64,000 nt of DNA from Candidatus Limnocylindria bacterium (GTDB lineage: Bacteria; Patescibacteriota; Saccharimonadia; Saccharimonadales; JAGQNK01): contig DATHJH010000004.1 of NCBI GenBank assembly GCA_035489815.1, positions 2,131 to 66,130 on the forward strand, written 5' to 3'. The notes beneath the pieces are model-generated. The model was not told the origin of the DNA, made no database searches, and saw only the letters and a program-made list of their open reading frames with translations. Positions 21,873-30,618 of the stretch are shown here, piece after piece. Both the position numbers and the translations under genes were made by a program. How positions within the stretch are numbered: the stretch's first letter is position 1; each line of letters begins with the position of its first letter.

Positions 21873-24677
21873 ATGATTAAACCTTCGCGTAAAGGGGTGG
21901 CGAAGACGCAGACTGAGCAACTGTCATTCATGCAGCGGTTTGGGCTGTTTTTTTACGACCGGCACGAGGTAACCTATCTCTACTTGTTGGCCCTGGTTGT
22001 CCTGGGTGCGCTCAGCTACGCAGTACTCATGCAGCGGCAGGGTTTTCCGGCGGTGGATGTACCCGTAAGCGTGGTCAATGGTACTTATTTTGTAAATAAC
22101 CGGCAAAAAGTGGACGCTGACATTACCCGCCCGGCTACCCAGGCCCTGAGTAGATTGCCAGAGGTCGAGTCCGTCACCAGTCAGGCCGGGGATACCTTCT
22201 TTGTCATTATTGTCCGCTACAAAGAGGGCACCACATCTGCTGCCGGCAACACGCTGGCCCGGGCAACGCTGGAGGATGGCAAGCTTTTGCCGCCATCTGT
22301 CCAGGCGGAATACAAGCCCATCAACGCCACCAAATTTGCAGAAGAATACGACCTGTTAGTGTCGGTGTATGGAACAAGCAAAACCAGCCTCCGGCAGTTG
22401 AACGACGGTGCCGTGCGGGTAGCCGCCGAACTCCAAAAACACCATGGCATAAGCCGGGCAACGGTGCTCAAGCAGTTTGAATCTGGCGTGGATCCCCGTA
22501 CAGGCAAGACCGCCACAGAGCTGCGGCATTTTGACCGCCTGGGTATACGCGCGGGTGGTTCGTTTTCATTCCACCCCTCGGTAAGCATCGGGGTTATCAG
22601 TAGTTCCGGGGCAGATGCACTGAAGTTATCTGACGACGTGCATGCCGCTGTAGAGGATATCCGTGACGAGCCGGGCAACAAAGATCTGGGCGTACTGGTC
22701 ACCGCAGACTTTGCAGAAGACATCAGGGAACAGACCAGCGGCCTGCAGCGTAGTTTGCTTGAGGGCCTGGCTGTAGTATTGCTGATTTGCTTCTTGCTTA
22801 TATCCTGGCGAGCCAGTGTCACGGCCGCCTTGGCAATGTTTACGGTTGTGCTGACCACCCTTGCTATCCTCTATCTCACTGGTAACACCCTCAACACCAT
22901 CACGCTGTTTGCGCTTATTCTGAGCCTGGGGCTGATTGTAGACGACACGGTCATTAAGGTCGAAGCAATAGATGCGGCCAAATCCGAAAGCCGGCGCAAG
23001 CGGCACATTGTAGCCCTGGCCGCCAAGCGCGTGTCGCTGGCCAGCGTAGCCGGCACGGCGACTACTATGCTGGCTTTTGCACCCATGCTGTTTATCGGCG
23101 GCACCTTGGGTGACTTTATCCGCGTACTGCCCGTTACGGTGATCATCAGCCTGGCTATGTCGCTGCTGGTTTCGCTCGTACTGGTGCCGCTTTTTGCAAG
23201 TGGGATCATCCTCAGGGGCCACCCAAAACCGGGGCGCAACCCCATCACCCGGCTGGAGACATTTGTGTCGGGCGGTCTGGCACAATTGGTGCTAGTTGGC
23301 ACACGATCGCGAGTAAAGGGTGCACTTATCGGACTCACAGCTTTTTCGATTGCCGGCGCTTTGATCGTTGCCAGCCTGCCCTTTTTCCAAAAGCTGCAGT
23401 TTGACATCTTCCCAGCCACCAAGGACACCAATGTTTTGCAGGCGGCTATCAGTTTTCCGCCAAACACCTCTATAGGCCAGGCGCAAACGGCAGTTGACGG
23501 CATTAACGCCCGCATAGCGCAAACACTTGGCGAAAACCTGGAGCGAGTGACGTACAGAAACTCCGGGTCCCCCACAGAAGCACTCGCCACAATTGACCTC
23601 ATAAGCTTCAAAGACCGCGACCAGACCTCGCCGCACCTGGCAGAAGAGCTGCAGGAACAGCTCAGGGACTATGATACAGCTAGAATAAAAGTGAGCCAGG
23701 TGGACGTTGGCCCGCCTAAAGAAGACCTGCCATTCCGTGCTCAGATTCATGGCGAGGACGAAGCCAAAACCACAGCGTTTGCAAATGACGTCGTAAAGTT
23801 TCTGAGCGGGCGGACTGTAAAACGCCCGAACGGAGCAGAGGCCCGGGTCACCCGGGTAGAAATCGCTAACCCCACACAAGTGATGCGCGCTCATGGTGAG
23901 AGAGTAGTAGAAGTTCGGGCTGGCTTTGATGCCGACGACACCTCCGCGCTGGTTGGTGCAACGCAGGAGGAAGTCGAAGGAGCGTTTCCCCCAGGCAAGG
24001 TTGCGGCATATGGGCTACCAGAGGACGCCCTTGGCTTTGACTTTGGCGCAGAGACGCAGAATCAGGAGTCATTCAGTTCGCTCCTGATTGCCTTCCCTAT
24101 ATTGCTGTGTGTGATGTACCTCCTGATGGCGTTTCAATTCAAATCATTCCTGCAACCCCTGCTTATTTTCATGGCAATACCGTTCAGCTTCTTTGGCGTA
24201 GCGGTGGGGCTGTACCTGACCGACAACCCGCTGAGCTTTTTTGTGATGGTCGGCTTCTTTGCCCTCATAGGCATAGCCGTCAATAACACCATCTTACTGA
24301 CAGATTATGCCAACCAGGCCCGCAAAGAAGGTCGCGGCCGGCGTGATGCCATTGCCTACGCCGTGCGGGCCCGCTTTCGACCGCTGATCACAACATCACT
24401 CACCAGCGTGGTGGCGTTGGTGCCGCTTGCGCTCAGCGACCCTTTCTGGGAAGCGCTCAGTGTCACCCTTATATGCGGACTGCTATCCAGTACGTTTCTG
24501 GTTGTGGTGGCTTTCCCCTACATCTATCTGGGCGGGGAAGTACTCCGGATCTTTGGCTCCAGGCTATGGCGCAGACAATTGCCAGCACTACTCCAGTATC
24601 CGCTGGACCTCGTTATTGCACCCATCAGACTGCTCGCTCTCCTGCTGCACATAATTTTTCGCCATAAACCGGCTTAG
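21873..24677 (+). CDS. RND-superfamily efflux transporter permease (AcrB/MMPL-like)
   Basis: A 12-TM architecture with two large loops. Typical segments include LSLGLIVDDTVI and ALIGIAVNNTILL. Start moved to ATG 21873 (TATACT 21859-21864 lies 8 nt upstream); the ORF track begins at 21846. Confidence 0.8.
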   Translation: MIKPSRKGVAKTQTEQLSFMQRFGLFFYDRHEVTYLYLLALVVLGALSYAVLMQRQGFPAVDVPVSVVNGTYFVNNRQKVDADITRPATQALSRLPEVESVTSQAGDTFFVIIVRYKEGTTSAAGNTLARATLEDGKLLPPSVQAEYKPINATKFAEEYDLLVSVYGTSKTSLRQLNDGAVRVAAELQKHHGISRATVLKQFESGVDPRTGKTATELRHFDRLGIRAGGSFSFHPSVSIGVISSSGADALKLSDDVHAAVEDIRDEPGNKDLGVLVTADFAEDIREQTSGLQRSLLEGLAVVLLICFLLISWRASVTAALAMFTVVLTTLAILYLTGNTLNTITLFALILSLGLIVDDTVIKVEAIDAAKSESRRKRHIVALAAKRVSLASVAGTATTMLAFAPMLFIGGTLGDFIRVLPVTVIISLAMSLLVSLVLVPLFASGIILRGHPKPGRNPITRLETFVSGGLAQLVLVGTRSRVKGALIGLTAFSIAGALIVASLPFFQKLQFDIFPATKDTNVLQAAISFPPNTSIGQAQTAVDGINARIAQTLGENLERVTYRNSGSPTEALATIDLISFKDRDQTSPHLAEELQEQLRDYDTARIKVSQVDVGPPKEDLPFRAQIHGEDEAKTTAFANDVVKFLSGRTVKRPNGAEARVTRVEIANPTQVMRAHGERVVEVRAGFDADDTSALVGATQEEVEGAFPPGKVAAYGLPEDALGFDFGAETQNQESFSSLLIAFPILLCVMYLLMAFQFKSFLQPLLIFMAIPFSFFGVAVGLYLTDNPLSFFVMVGFFALIGIAVNNTILLTDYANQARKEGRGRRDAIAYAVRARFRPLITTSLTSVVALVPLALSDPFWEALSVTLICGLLSSTFLVVVAFPYIYLGGEVLRIFGSRLWRRQLPALLQYPLDLVIAPIRLLALLLHIIFRHKPA

Positions 24678-24691
24678 GCTATACTGTTTGT

Positions 24692-25147
24692 ATGAGTAGA
24701 ACATCTGCACGGGCTATTGTCATCCGGGATGGCCGGTTACTGGTTATGCGCCGGAACAAGTTTGGAAAAGAATATGTAACCTTACCCGGCGGCAGCGTAG
24801 AAATTGGTGAAAAGCCAGAGCAAACAGCTGTAAGGGAGGTCCTTGAAGAAGCGACAATCACTGTTCAAAACCCTCGCCTGGTCTTTATAGATCACGCCGA
24901 ATTCTATGGTGATCACTATATCTACCTGTGCGACTACGTTTCGGGCGAGCCTAAGCTTTCACCCGGCAGCACCGAGGCAGCCATCCATAAAATGGGCAAA
25001 AACCTGTACGAGCCGGGTTGGCTGCCGCTTTCCGAACTGCCCGACGTGCCGTTTCTGTCTGCAGAATTACAACAGGCAGTCATCCGCGGTAACACCTCTG
25101 GCTGGCCAGAACAAGTCGAGGAATTCACTAGCACCCGCAACGTCTAG
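24692..25147 (+). CDS. NUDIX hydrolase
   Basis: Nudix box GGSVEIGEKPEQTAVREVLEEATI. Confidence 0.85.
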   Translation: MSRTSARAIVIRDGRLLVMRRNKFGKEYVTLPGGSVEIGEKPEQTAVREVLEEATITVQNPRLVFIDHAEFYGDHYIYLCDYVSGEPKLSPGSTEAAIHKMGKNLYEPGWLPLSELPDVPFLSAELQQAVIRGNTSGWPEQVEEFTSTRNV

Positions 25148-25242
25148 GCGGTATACTGCATTAAGCAGCCGAGGAGGATAGTATTGCCGTTTTGGCGGCA
25201 AAGCGGACTTTTCGCTAAGGGAACCATAAACAGGAGACAACC

Positions 25243-25806
25243 GTGGCTAAGACACAGAGAGCCTTCGCACTTATATTTGCCATACTATTCCTGGCTACGT
25301 CTGTAGCAACGGGCATAGCGGTGATAGTTCAGATAAATAAAGATAATAAGGAAAGCGCCGCTATAGATTCTGACGCCCAGCAGGTAGCGGGCAGCACGGA
25401 CCAGGCAGCACAAGAACCAAAGGAGGGACAGTTGCAAGGAACAAAATTAAACGGTTTTCAGCCAGTAGCGAGCGTACCTAAACTTCAGATCATAGACTTG
25501 CAGGTTGGTACAGGTGAAGAAGCAAAAGCCGGTGCCACGGTCACCGCACATTACACCGGGGCACTAACCAAAGACGGCACTATCTTCCAAAGCTCGCATG
25601 ACGGCGGACAGCCGATAGAATTTTCACTAGACGGCGTCATCAAGGGTTGGACTGACGGGGTCCCGGGCATGAAAGTAGGCGGCAAGCGCCGCTTGATCGT
25701 TCCACACAGTCAAGGCTATGGCGATGCCGGCAGGCCGGACGGCGGCATTCCAGGCAAGGCAGACCTGGTGTTTGATATTGAACTCACCGCTGTCAAAAAT
25801 CCTTAA
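25243..25806 (+). CDS. FKBP-type peptidyl-prolyl cis-trans isomerase, membrane-anchored
   Basis: VTAHYTGAL.DGTIFQSS...EFSLDGVIKGWTDGVPGMKVGGKRRLIVP...GYG...IPGKADLVFDIEL is the canonical FKBP domain. GTG start. Confidence 0.9.
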   Translation: MAKTQRAFALIFAILFLATSVATGIAVIVQINKDNKESAAIDSDAQQVAGSTDQAAQEPKEGQLQGTKLNGFQPVASVPKLQIIDLQVGTGEEAKAGATVTAHYTGALTKDGTIFQSSHDGGQPIEFSLDGVIKGWTDGVPGMKVGGKRRLIVPHSQGYGDAGRPDGGIPGKADLVFDIELTAVKNP

Positions 25807-25938
25807 CAACTCATACACCTCAGCAGGTGCGTGAGTTATTAGGATGAGCAAAAAACACAACATGTAGCGCTCTTGCTTAAACCACAAGCGCTATATATAC
25901 TGATACGGAGACTTAAAAAACCAAGAGAGGGTTCGTCA

Positions 25939-26187
25939 ATGGTCAAAAACATCACTATCTTCACCACGAATACCTGCGCCTACTGCGTTATGGTCAAGAA
26001 GTGGCTAAATGCCAAGGGTTATTCCTATGAGGAGGTCAACCTAGACTCCAATCCAGAACGCCAAAAGGAAGCCTTCGAAGCAAGCGGCCAGTTAGCCGTA
26101 CCCGTAACCTTCATCACCAAGCAAGATGATTCCAAGGAAGTAGTGGTTGGCTACAACCTAGCAAGGCTAGCCCCCGCCGTCGCCTAG
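25939..26187 (+). CDS. Glutaredoxin-like protein (NrdH/YruB-type, CxxC)
   Basis: ITIFTTNTCAYCVMVKKWLNAKGYSYEEVNL...VPVTFI has the thioredoxin-fold CAYC motif. Start at MVKNI, preceded by agaggg. Confidence 0.75.
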   Translation: MVKNITIFTTNTCAYCVMVKKWLNAKGYSYEEVNLDSNPERQKEAFEASGQLAVPVTFITKQDDSKEVVVGYNLARLAPAVA

Positions 26188-26193
26188 CCACAA

Positions 26194-26364
26194 AATCCTA
26201 AATCCTAAGCACTAAATCCTGAACAATATCAAATGACCAAAATCCAAATTTCAAAGCATAGTCCGGCCGGTTTAACTTTTAGATTTAGAGTTTTAGATTT
26301 ATGATTTGTTTAGGATCCCCGATCAGAGTCGAGGACAAGCTTAGATATTAGAGATTAGGATTTA
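26194..26364. repeat. Family B AT-rich long hairpin element, copy 1 (with a nested C-type unit at 26313-26340)
   Basis: The arms atcctgaacaatatcaaatgaccaaaatcc and ggatttatgatttgtttaggat pair around the centre gtccggccgg. Outer arms at 26194-26218 and 26341-26364 also pair. Confidence 0.75.
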
Positions 26365-26372
26365 AGAACAAT

Positions 26373-27392
26373 ATGGCTGACAAAGCAACAAAAGACATAC
26401 ATGATGTGGTGATGATCGGGGCAGGGCCGGCGGCCTTGGCCGCAGCTATCTACACCACCCGTGAAGACATTGACACCGTTTTATACGAAAAGGGCGCCAT
26501 TGGGGGGCTGGCGGCCGTAACCGACTGGGTGGACAACTATCCTGGTTTTCCAAAGGGTGTTGCCGGGCTGGAACTGGCGCAGGGCCTGAGCGATCAAGCC
26601 GAGCGCTTTGGCGCCGACATCCGCCTGGGCGAGGTGCTAAAGATTGAAGACCAGGGCGCACTGAAAAAACTAACTACTACTGATGGCGACATCTTTGCCA
26701 AGGCTGTCCTGATTGCTACCGGCAGTGACTACAAAAAACTCGGCATCCCGGGTGAGCTGGAATACTATGGCCGCGGTGTCCACTACTGTGCTACTTGCGA
26801 CGGTGCCTTCTACCGTGACAAGCGGCTGGTAGTTGCCGGCGGCGGTAACTCCGCGGTGCAGGAGGCCATATTCCTGACCCGCTTTGCCACCCACATAGAC
26901 CTCCTGGTGCGTAGCGACAAGATGCGGGCTTCTGACATTTTGCAAGAGGAACTCAAACGGCACACCGAAAAAATAACCGTACACTTCAACACCACCACCG
27001 ATGAAATTGTTGCCAACGAAAGCGGCCAGGTCACCAACGTCGTCGGTACTGATAAAATTGCCGGCAAGCAGGTAGAATTTGCCACCGACGGGGTATTTGT
27101 ATTTATTGGCTTGTTGCCCAACACGGGTTTCCTCAAAGGCACAGCTGTTAAGCTGGATGCAATCGGCATGATTGTAACCGACGGCAAACTGGAAACTACT
27201 ATTCCCGGGGTATTTGCAGCAGGCGACGTCCGCAGCGGCGCCACCATGCAGGTTGCCAGTGCCGTGGGTGAAGGCGCTACCGCCGCCCTTATGCTTCGCA
27301 AGCACCTGGAGGAAACAGAAAAGCACATCATGACGCCGCCCGTCCCGGCAGTTGCTGACGTCACATCTAGTACCTCATCCCCCATGAACTGA
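26373..27392 (+). CDS. trxB: Thioredoxin-disulfide reductase
   Basis: FAD motif GAGPAALAAAIY, redox-active CATCDG, NADPH motif GGGNSAVQEA, and C-terminal GDVR...Q. Confidence 0.9.
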   Translation: MADKATKDIHDVVMIGAGPAALAAAIYTTREDIDTVLYEKGAIGGLAAVTDWVDNYPGFPKGVAGLELAQGLSDQAERFGADIRLGEVLKIEDQGALKKLTTTDGDIFAKAVLIATGSDYKKLGIPGELEYYGRGVHYCATCDGAFYRDKRLVVAGGGNSAVQEAIFLTRFATHIDLLVRSDKMRASDILQEELKRHTEKITVHFNTTTDEIVANESGQVTNVVGTDKIAGKQVEFATDGVFVFIGLLPNTGFLKGTAVKLDAIGMIVTDGKLETTIPGVFAAGDVRSGATMQVASAVGEGATAALMLRKHLEETEKHIMTPPVPAVADVTSSTSSPMN

Positions 27393-27470
27393 CGGCCAGA
27401 TGGTTGGCCAGGGCGCCTGGTGCTGTTTTCCTGGGTGAGCAGTCCCGTCAGGGTATGGGGGATGAGGTAC
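27370..27470. repeat. About 100-nt hairpin straddling the trxB stop codon (16-bp perfect outer stem gtacctcatcccccat/atgggggatgaggtac)
   Basis: Outer stem 27370-27385 pairs with 27455-27470. Inner pairing is ctgacgg/ccgtcag. Confidence 0.7.
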
Positions 27471-27495
27471 CAGACCAAAGGCATAAACCCCCGAG

Positions 27496-27615
27496 CTGAG
27501 GTCCATTTCACCTGTCTCCAAACCCCAACCCTCCTCTGTCATCCCCAGCTTGACTGGGGCCCGGTATGGCAGGATTGGGGTTTGGAGACAAGTTATTTCT
27601 GCATGCATGTGGCCA
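27496..27615. mobile_element. Family E MITE-like element, copy 3 (short variant)
   Basis: Internal 13-bp IR ctccaaaccccaa/ttggggtttggag (27516-27528 and 27575-27587). C-type hairpin ctgtcatccccagcttgactgggg at 27536-27559. Its ends resemble the family E termini. Confidence 0.55.
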
Positions 27616-27669
27616 ATTGTAAGATTTTTACTTTACAAGATATAGCTTCATAGGTAAAACTAACACACT

Positions 27670-28134
27670 ATGAATGAAAACACAGACATGCGTGGGTTTG
27701 TTTCTATGTACGAAGCTTGTTTGCTTCACTCCCGGGCGGACCGAGCCCTGCGCCTATTAGTTTCCAGGCAGTTGGAACAATTTAACGTCACTATGATGGA
27801 GTGGCTCCTGCTGGGCGCTACCCAAGGCGGGCCTAAGGAAGGCATGACTATGTCGGCAGCGGCCTCCGCCCTGGACGTGACCTTGCCGCAGGTCACAGCC
27901 CTGACGGCCAGTCTGACCAAACTCAAACTTCTAAAACAAAAGATCAGCCGTCAGGATCGCAGAAGCCGGCGTCTGATCACGACAAGCGCCGGCAAAAAGC
28001 TCCTGGCAGAAATCGAAGGAGCAGTAAATACAGCCATGCAGGAGTGGGTAGCTGACATTCCGCCCGGGCAGCTTCAAACCTATATGCAAACGCTGAAATT
28101 GCTAGCCAACCGCAAGGACGATAAGGAACTCTAA
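27670..28134 (+). CDS. MarR-family transcriptional regulator
   Basis: About 150 aa with a winged-HTH pattern (MTMSAAASALDVTLPQVTALTASLTKLKLLKQKISRQDRRSRRL). Confidence 0.7.
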   Translation: MNENTDMRGFVSMYEACLLHSRADRALRLLVSRQLEQFNVTMMEWLLLGATQGGPKEGMTMSAAASALDVTLPQVTALTASLTKLKLLKQKISRQDRRSRRLITTSAGKKLLAEIEGAVNTAMQEWVADIPPGQLQTYMQTLKLLANRKDDKEL

Positions 28135-28190
28135 GAACAGGTTCTAAGAATTAGCTGTAATGCTACAATAAAAATATAAAGGGGTACACT

Positions 28191-28658
28191 ATGAAGAAAT
28201 CAACAATTCTAATCGCTGTAGCAGTAATTGCCTTAGCGGCTCTAGGCGGGTTTATGGTATTTTCCGGTCGATCAGACGACAACAGCGAAACCACCACCCC
28301 AGAATCCACCTCGGACACCCAAGAATCCACCCAGCCCAGCGACACCAGCCAGACCCAGGAAACCACCCCCTCAACCAATACCGACAATCAACCCGCAGAA
28401 AAAACAGAAGTAGAGATCAAGGATTTCGCCTTCCGTTCAGCCAGCATTACCGTCAAAAAAGGCACCACTGTTACCTGGACCAACAAAGACAGTGTCCAGC
28501 ACAGCGTAGTACCAGATACCGAAAGTAACGCCTTTGATGGCAGCGAGCTGCTGGCCAAGGATGCAAGCTACAGTTTTACCTTCAGTGTCCCGGGTACCTA
28601 CGCCTACCACTGCGGGCCACATCCAAATATGACCGGTACCGTAACCGTTACAGAGTAA
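28191..28658 (+). CDS. Cupredoxin (plastocyanin/amicyanin-like blue copper protein), membrane- or signal-anchored
   Basis: The type-1 Cu ligand pattern is H (SVQHSV) then YHCGPHPNMTG (C, H, M). An N-terminal hydrophobic anchor is followed by a Thr/Ser/Glu-rich linker. Confidence 0.85.
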   Translation: MKKSTILIAVAVIALAALGGFMVFSGRSDDNSETTTPESTSDTQESTQPSDTSQTQETTPSTNTDNQPAEKTEVEIKDFAFRSASITVKKGTTVTWTNKDSVQHSVVPDTESNAFDGSELLAKDASYSFTFSVPGTYAYHCGPHPNMTGTVTVTE

Positions 28659-28659
28659 C

Positions 28660-28848
28660 AGTTTGGAATTGGTTCTTAGAACCTATCCAAGATCTTTTCC
28701 TCTGACTCCGACCACTTTTCGCATGCAATCCGCTCGCCTTTTGCTCCGAAAGGTACCGATAGGTACCTTTCAAACCAAAAAACAAGCGGCTCACACCCAA
28801 AAACTGCTCTCGGCAAGGAGAAAAGATCCTGGATAGGTTCTTAGATAC
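28660..28848. repeat. Family D long hairpin element, copy 1
   Basis: Outer arms ttagaacctatccaagatcttttcctc and ggagaaaagatcctggataggttcttaga pair. Central hairpin aaaggtacc-gata-ggtaccttt lies at 28749-28770. Confidence 0.75.
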
Positions 28849-29000
28849 CTGAGTCTCAAAATCCTCAATCCTGTCATACCGGGCTAGACCCGGCATCCTC
28901 GTAATAAAGAAATTAATTTATATATATCTACTGGATCCCCAGTCAAGCTGGGGATGACAGTGGAGGGGATGAAGTGTGGGTTGGGGTTTTGAGGGTCAGG
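28848..29000. mobile_element. Family E MITE-like element, copy 4
   Basis: Terminal IRs are cctgagtctcaaaatcctc and ggggttttgagggtcagg. It contains two C-type hairpins. Positions 28937-28960 are the exact reverse complement of 27536-27559. Confidence 0.6.
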
Positions 29001-29001
29001 T

Positions 29002-29706
29002 TTAGATGGCTTGATAGCCAGGAAAGTAGTCAGTGACCAGGCGGTGTCCGGGGATACCTTTTGCCCGGAGTTCTTTGTAGAATACTTCTATCATAGGTTC
29101 GGGTCCGGCCAGGTAGACCAGGGCGTTGGTTTGCACACCTGGCAGCTCCAGAATACTGTCTGTCGTCAGGCGACCGGTGCGGCCTGGCCAATCCGGGGAT
29201 GGCTTGCGAAGCACCAGTTCCAGCGTAATAGGCGCGGCTTCAAATACCTCCCGAAAGGGTGCCTCTTCCAACGTAGGAACGGCGTATACAAGATGAACCT
29301 GCCGGTGCCCGGCAGTGTCCTGAAGCCACTTAACCATGCTATGTATAGGGGTTACGCCTATGCCGGCAGCGATGAATACAAGCGGGATGTCTGTTTTCCT
29401 GGGTAAAACAAAATCACCCATAGGCTGGGCCAGATCTACCCCGGTGCCAGGTGCCAGCGCAGCAAGTGATTGCTTGAATGTACTGGGGCGAGCTGGATCA
29501 ATCCGGGTGGTAATACTGACTAACTTTTCCGTAGGCGAAGACGACAGCGTAAACCAGCGCCGGTCGCCGCGACTGTCCATGCCGGCATGCGGCAAACGGA
29601 TTTCGGTGAATTGCCCGGCCTCATAGCGGATCGGCTGGTCCGGCCTGAACCAAAACGTCATAGTATGTTTGGCAACGTGTTCGCTGCGATCAAATGTGGC
29701 GTGCAT
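29002..29706 (-). CDS. FNR-type FAD/NAD(P)-binding oxidoreductase
   Basis: FAD-binding RWFTLSSSP (RxYS-type) and NAD-binding FIAAGIGVTPIHSM, at a two-domain size of about 230 aa. Confidence 0.65.
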   Translation of the reverse strand: MHATFDRSEHVAKHTMTFWFRPDQPIRYEAGQFTEIRLPHAGMDSRGDRRWFTLSSSPTEKLVSITTRIDPARPSTFKQSLAALAPGTGVDLAQPMGDFVLPRKTDIPLVFIAAGIGVTPIHSMVKWLQDTAGHRQVHLVYAVPTLEEAPFREVFEAAPITLELVLRKPSPDWPGRTGRLTTDSILELPGVQTNALVYLAGPEPMIEVFYKELRAKGIPGHRLVTDYFPGYQAI

Positions 29707-30475
29707 GGGACTTCTTCTTGCTTGCAGGGTATTGGGTTATGCTGGACTGCTTTCGAATCTTTCGAGTGCGGCGCGCTGTTTTCCGGGTGTCAGATAGAAA
29801 GCCGAGCCGATGCGGATGATTGGTAGTAAGGCTGATATGCGGGTAGAGTATCTTCAAAAAGCGAGCCATCAACACATTGTTGACGGTATAAACAATGATT
29901 TCCAAGCCAGAACGACGGGCCAGCCAGTAGCTGAGCGGATTCAGAATCCAGAAGTTCAGATCAACACCGGTAAACTTGTTCTGACGTGCTGTTTTGATGG
30001 CCTCTTGGGCGCTTGTCCGTTCCAGGGCATAGACGGGGATGTGGGGGCACAGGAGGCTGAAGCTATAGAGTTCATCATGATCAAAGGCAATGACGCTGAT
30101 GTCCTGCCGGTGATTGTGGAGCAGCAGCTTGGCCAGCGGCGGTGCCCAGTCCTCACCTTTGGCATCTATGATGAGCGGCGTGTCGGCCATGACACGCATG
30201 GCCTCCTTAAGCGTGGGCATACGTTTGCCGTTGTGCAGCAGAACCGTCTGGAGTTCTTCCAGATGAGTCTGGTGGACATTTATGCTGGATGTACTGACAC
30301 GCCCGGTATGTACATCGTGTGACAATACCAGGTGGTGGTCCTTGGTCAGACGAACATCAATCTCTACGGCGTCCACGTTTGAGCGGATAGCCGATCGAAT
30401 GCTTTGCAGCGTGTTTTCCAGCGCAAGTCCTGCCGCGCCGCGGTGACCAATGATTTTCATGATTCTTGCTGTCAT
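29690..30475 (-). CDS. Glycerophosphodiester phosphodiesterase (GDPD) family protein
   Basis: IIGHRGAAGLALENTLQSIRSAI...VDAVEIDVRLTKDHHLVLSHD is the GDPD catalytic N-terminus. Start at MTARIMKII (30475) or MKII (30460); the ORF track begins at 30616. Confidence 0.8.
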   Translation of the reverse strand: MTARIMKIIGHRGAAGLALENTLQSIRSAIRSNVDAVEIDVRLTKDHHLVLSHDVHTGRVSTSSINVHQTHLEELQTVLLHNGKRMPTLKEAMRVMADTPLIIDAKGEDWAPPLAKLLLHNHRQDISVIAFDHDELYSFSLLCPHIPVYALERTSAQEAIKTARQNKFTGVDLNFWILNPLSYWLARRSGLEIIVYTVNNVLMARFLKILYPHISLTTNHPHRLGFLSDTRKTARRTRKIRKQSSITQYPASKKKSHARHI

Positions 30476-30618
30476 TGTACAATACAAGGTAGAATCACGA
30501 ATTAAAATGCGTAGAACGTGTAAAGTATTCTCGTATAATGTGTGGGCTGCAGCTGACGAGCGCAGCAAGGCGTTATACGTTATACCAAATACGTTGTACG
30601 AATCTGGAGGTTTCATCT

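Noticed and set aside
22217-23894. Series of 200-246-aa minus-strand ORFs (22217..22858, 22626..23285, 22871..23611, 23292..23894)
   Set aside because: All are antisense to the RND transporter, whose plus-strand frame is continuous with clear family motifs. They overlap each other in different frames and have low-complexity composition.
27375-27653. ORFs 27375..27608(-) and 27420..27653(+), and 28648..28896(-) further downstream
   Set aside because: They are read through palindromic repeat elements (families D and E and the trxB hairpin). Peptides such as ...PVKLGMTEEGWGLETGE are the typical translation artefact of GTCATCCC...GGGATGAC-type repeats.
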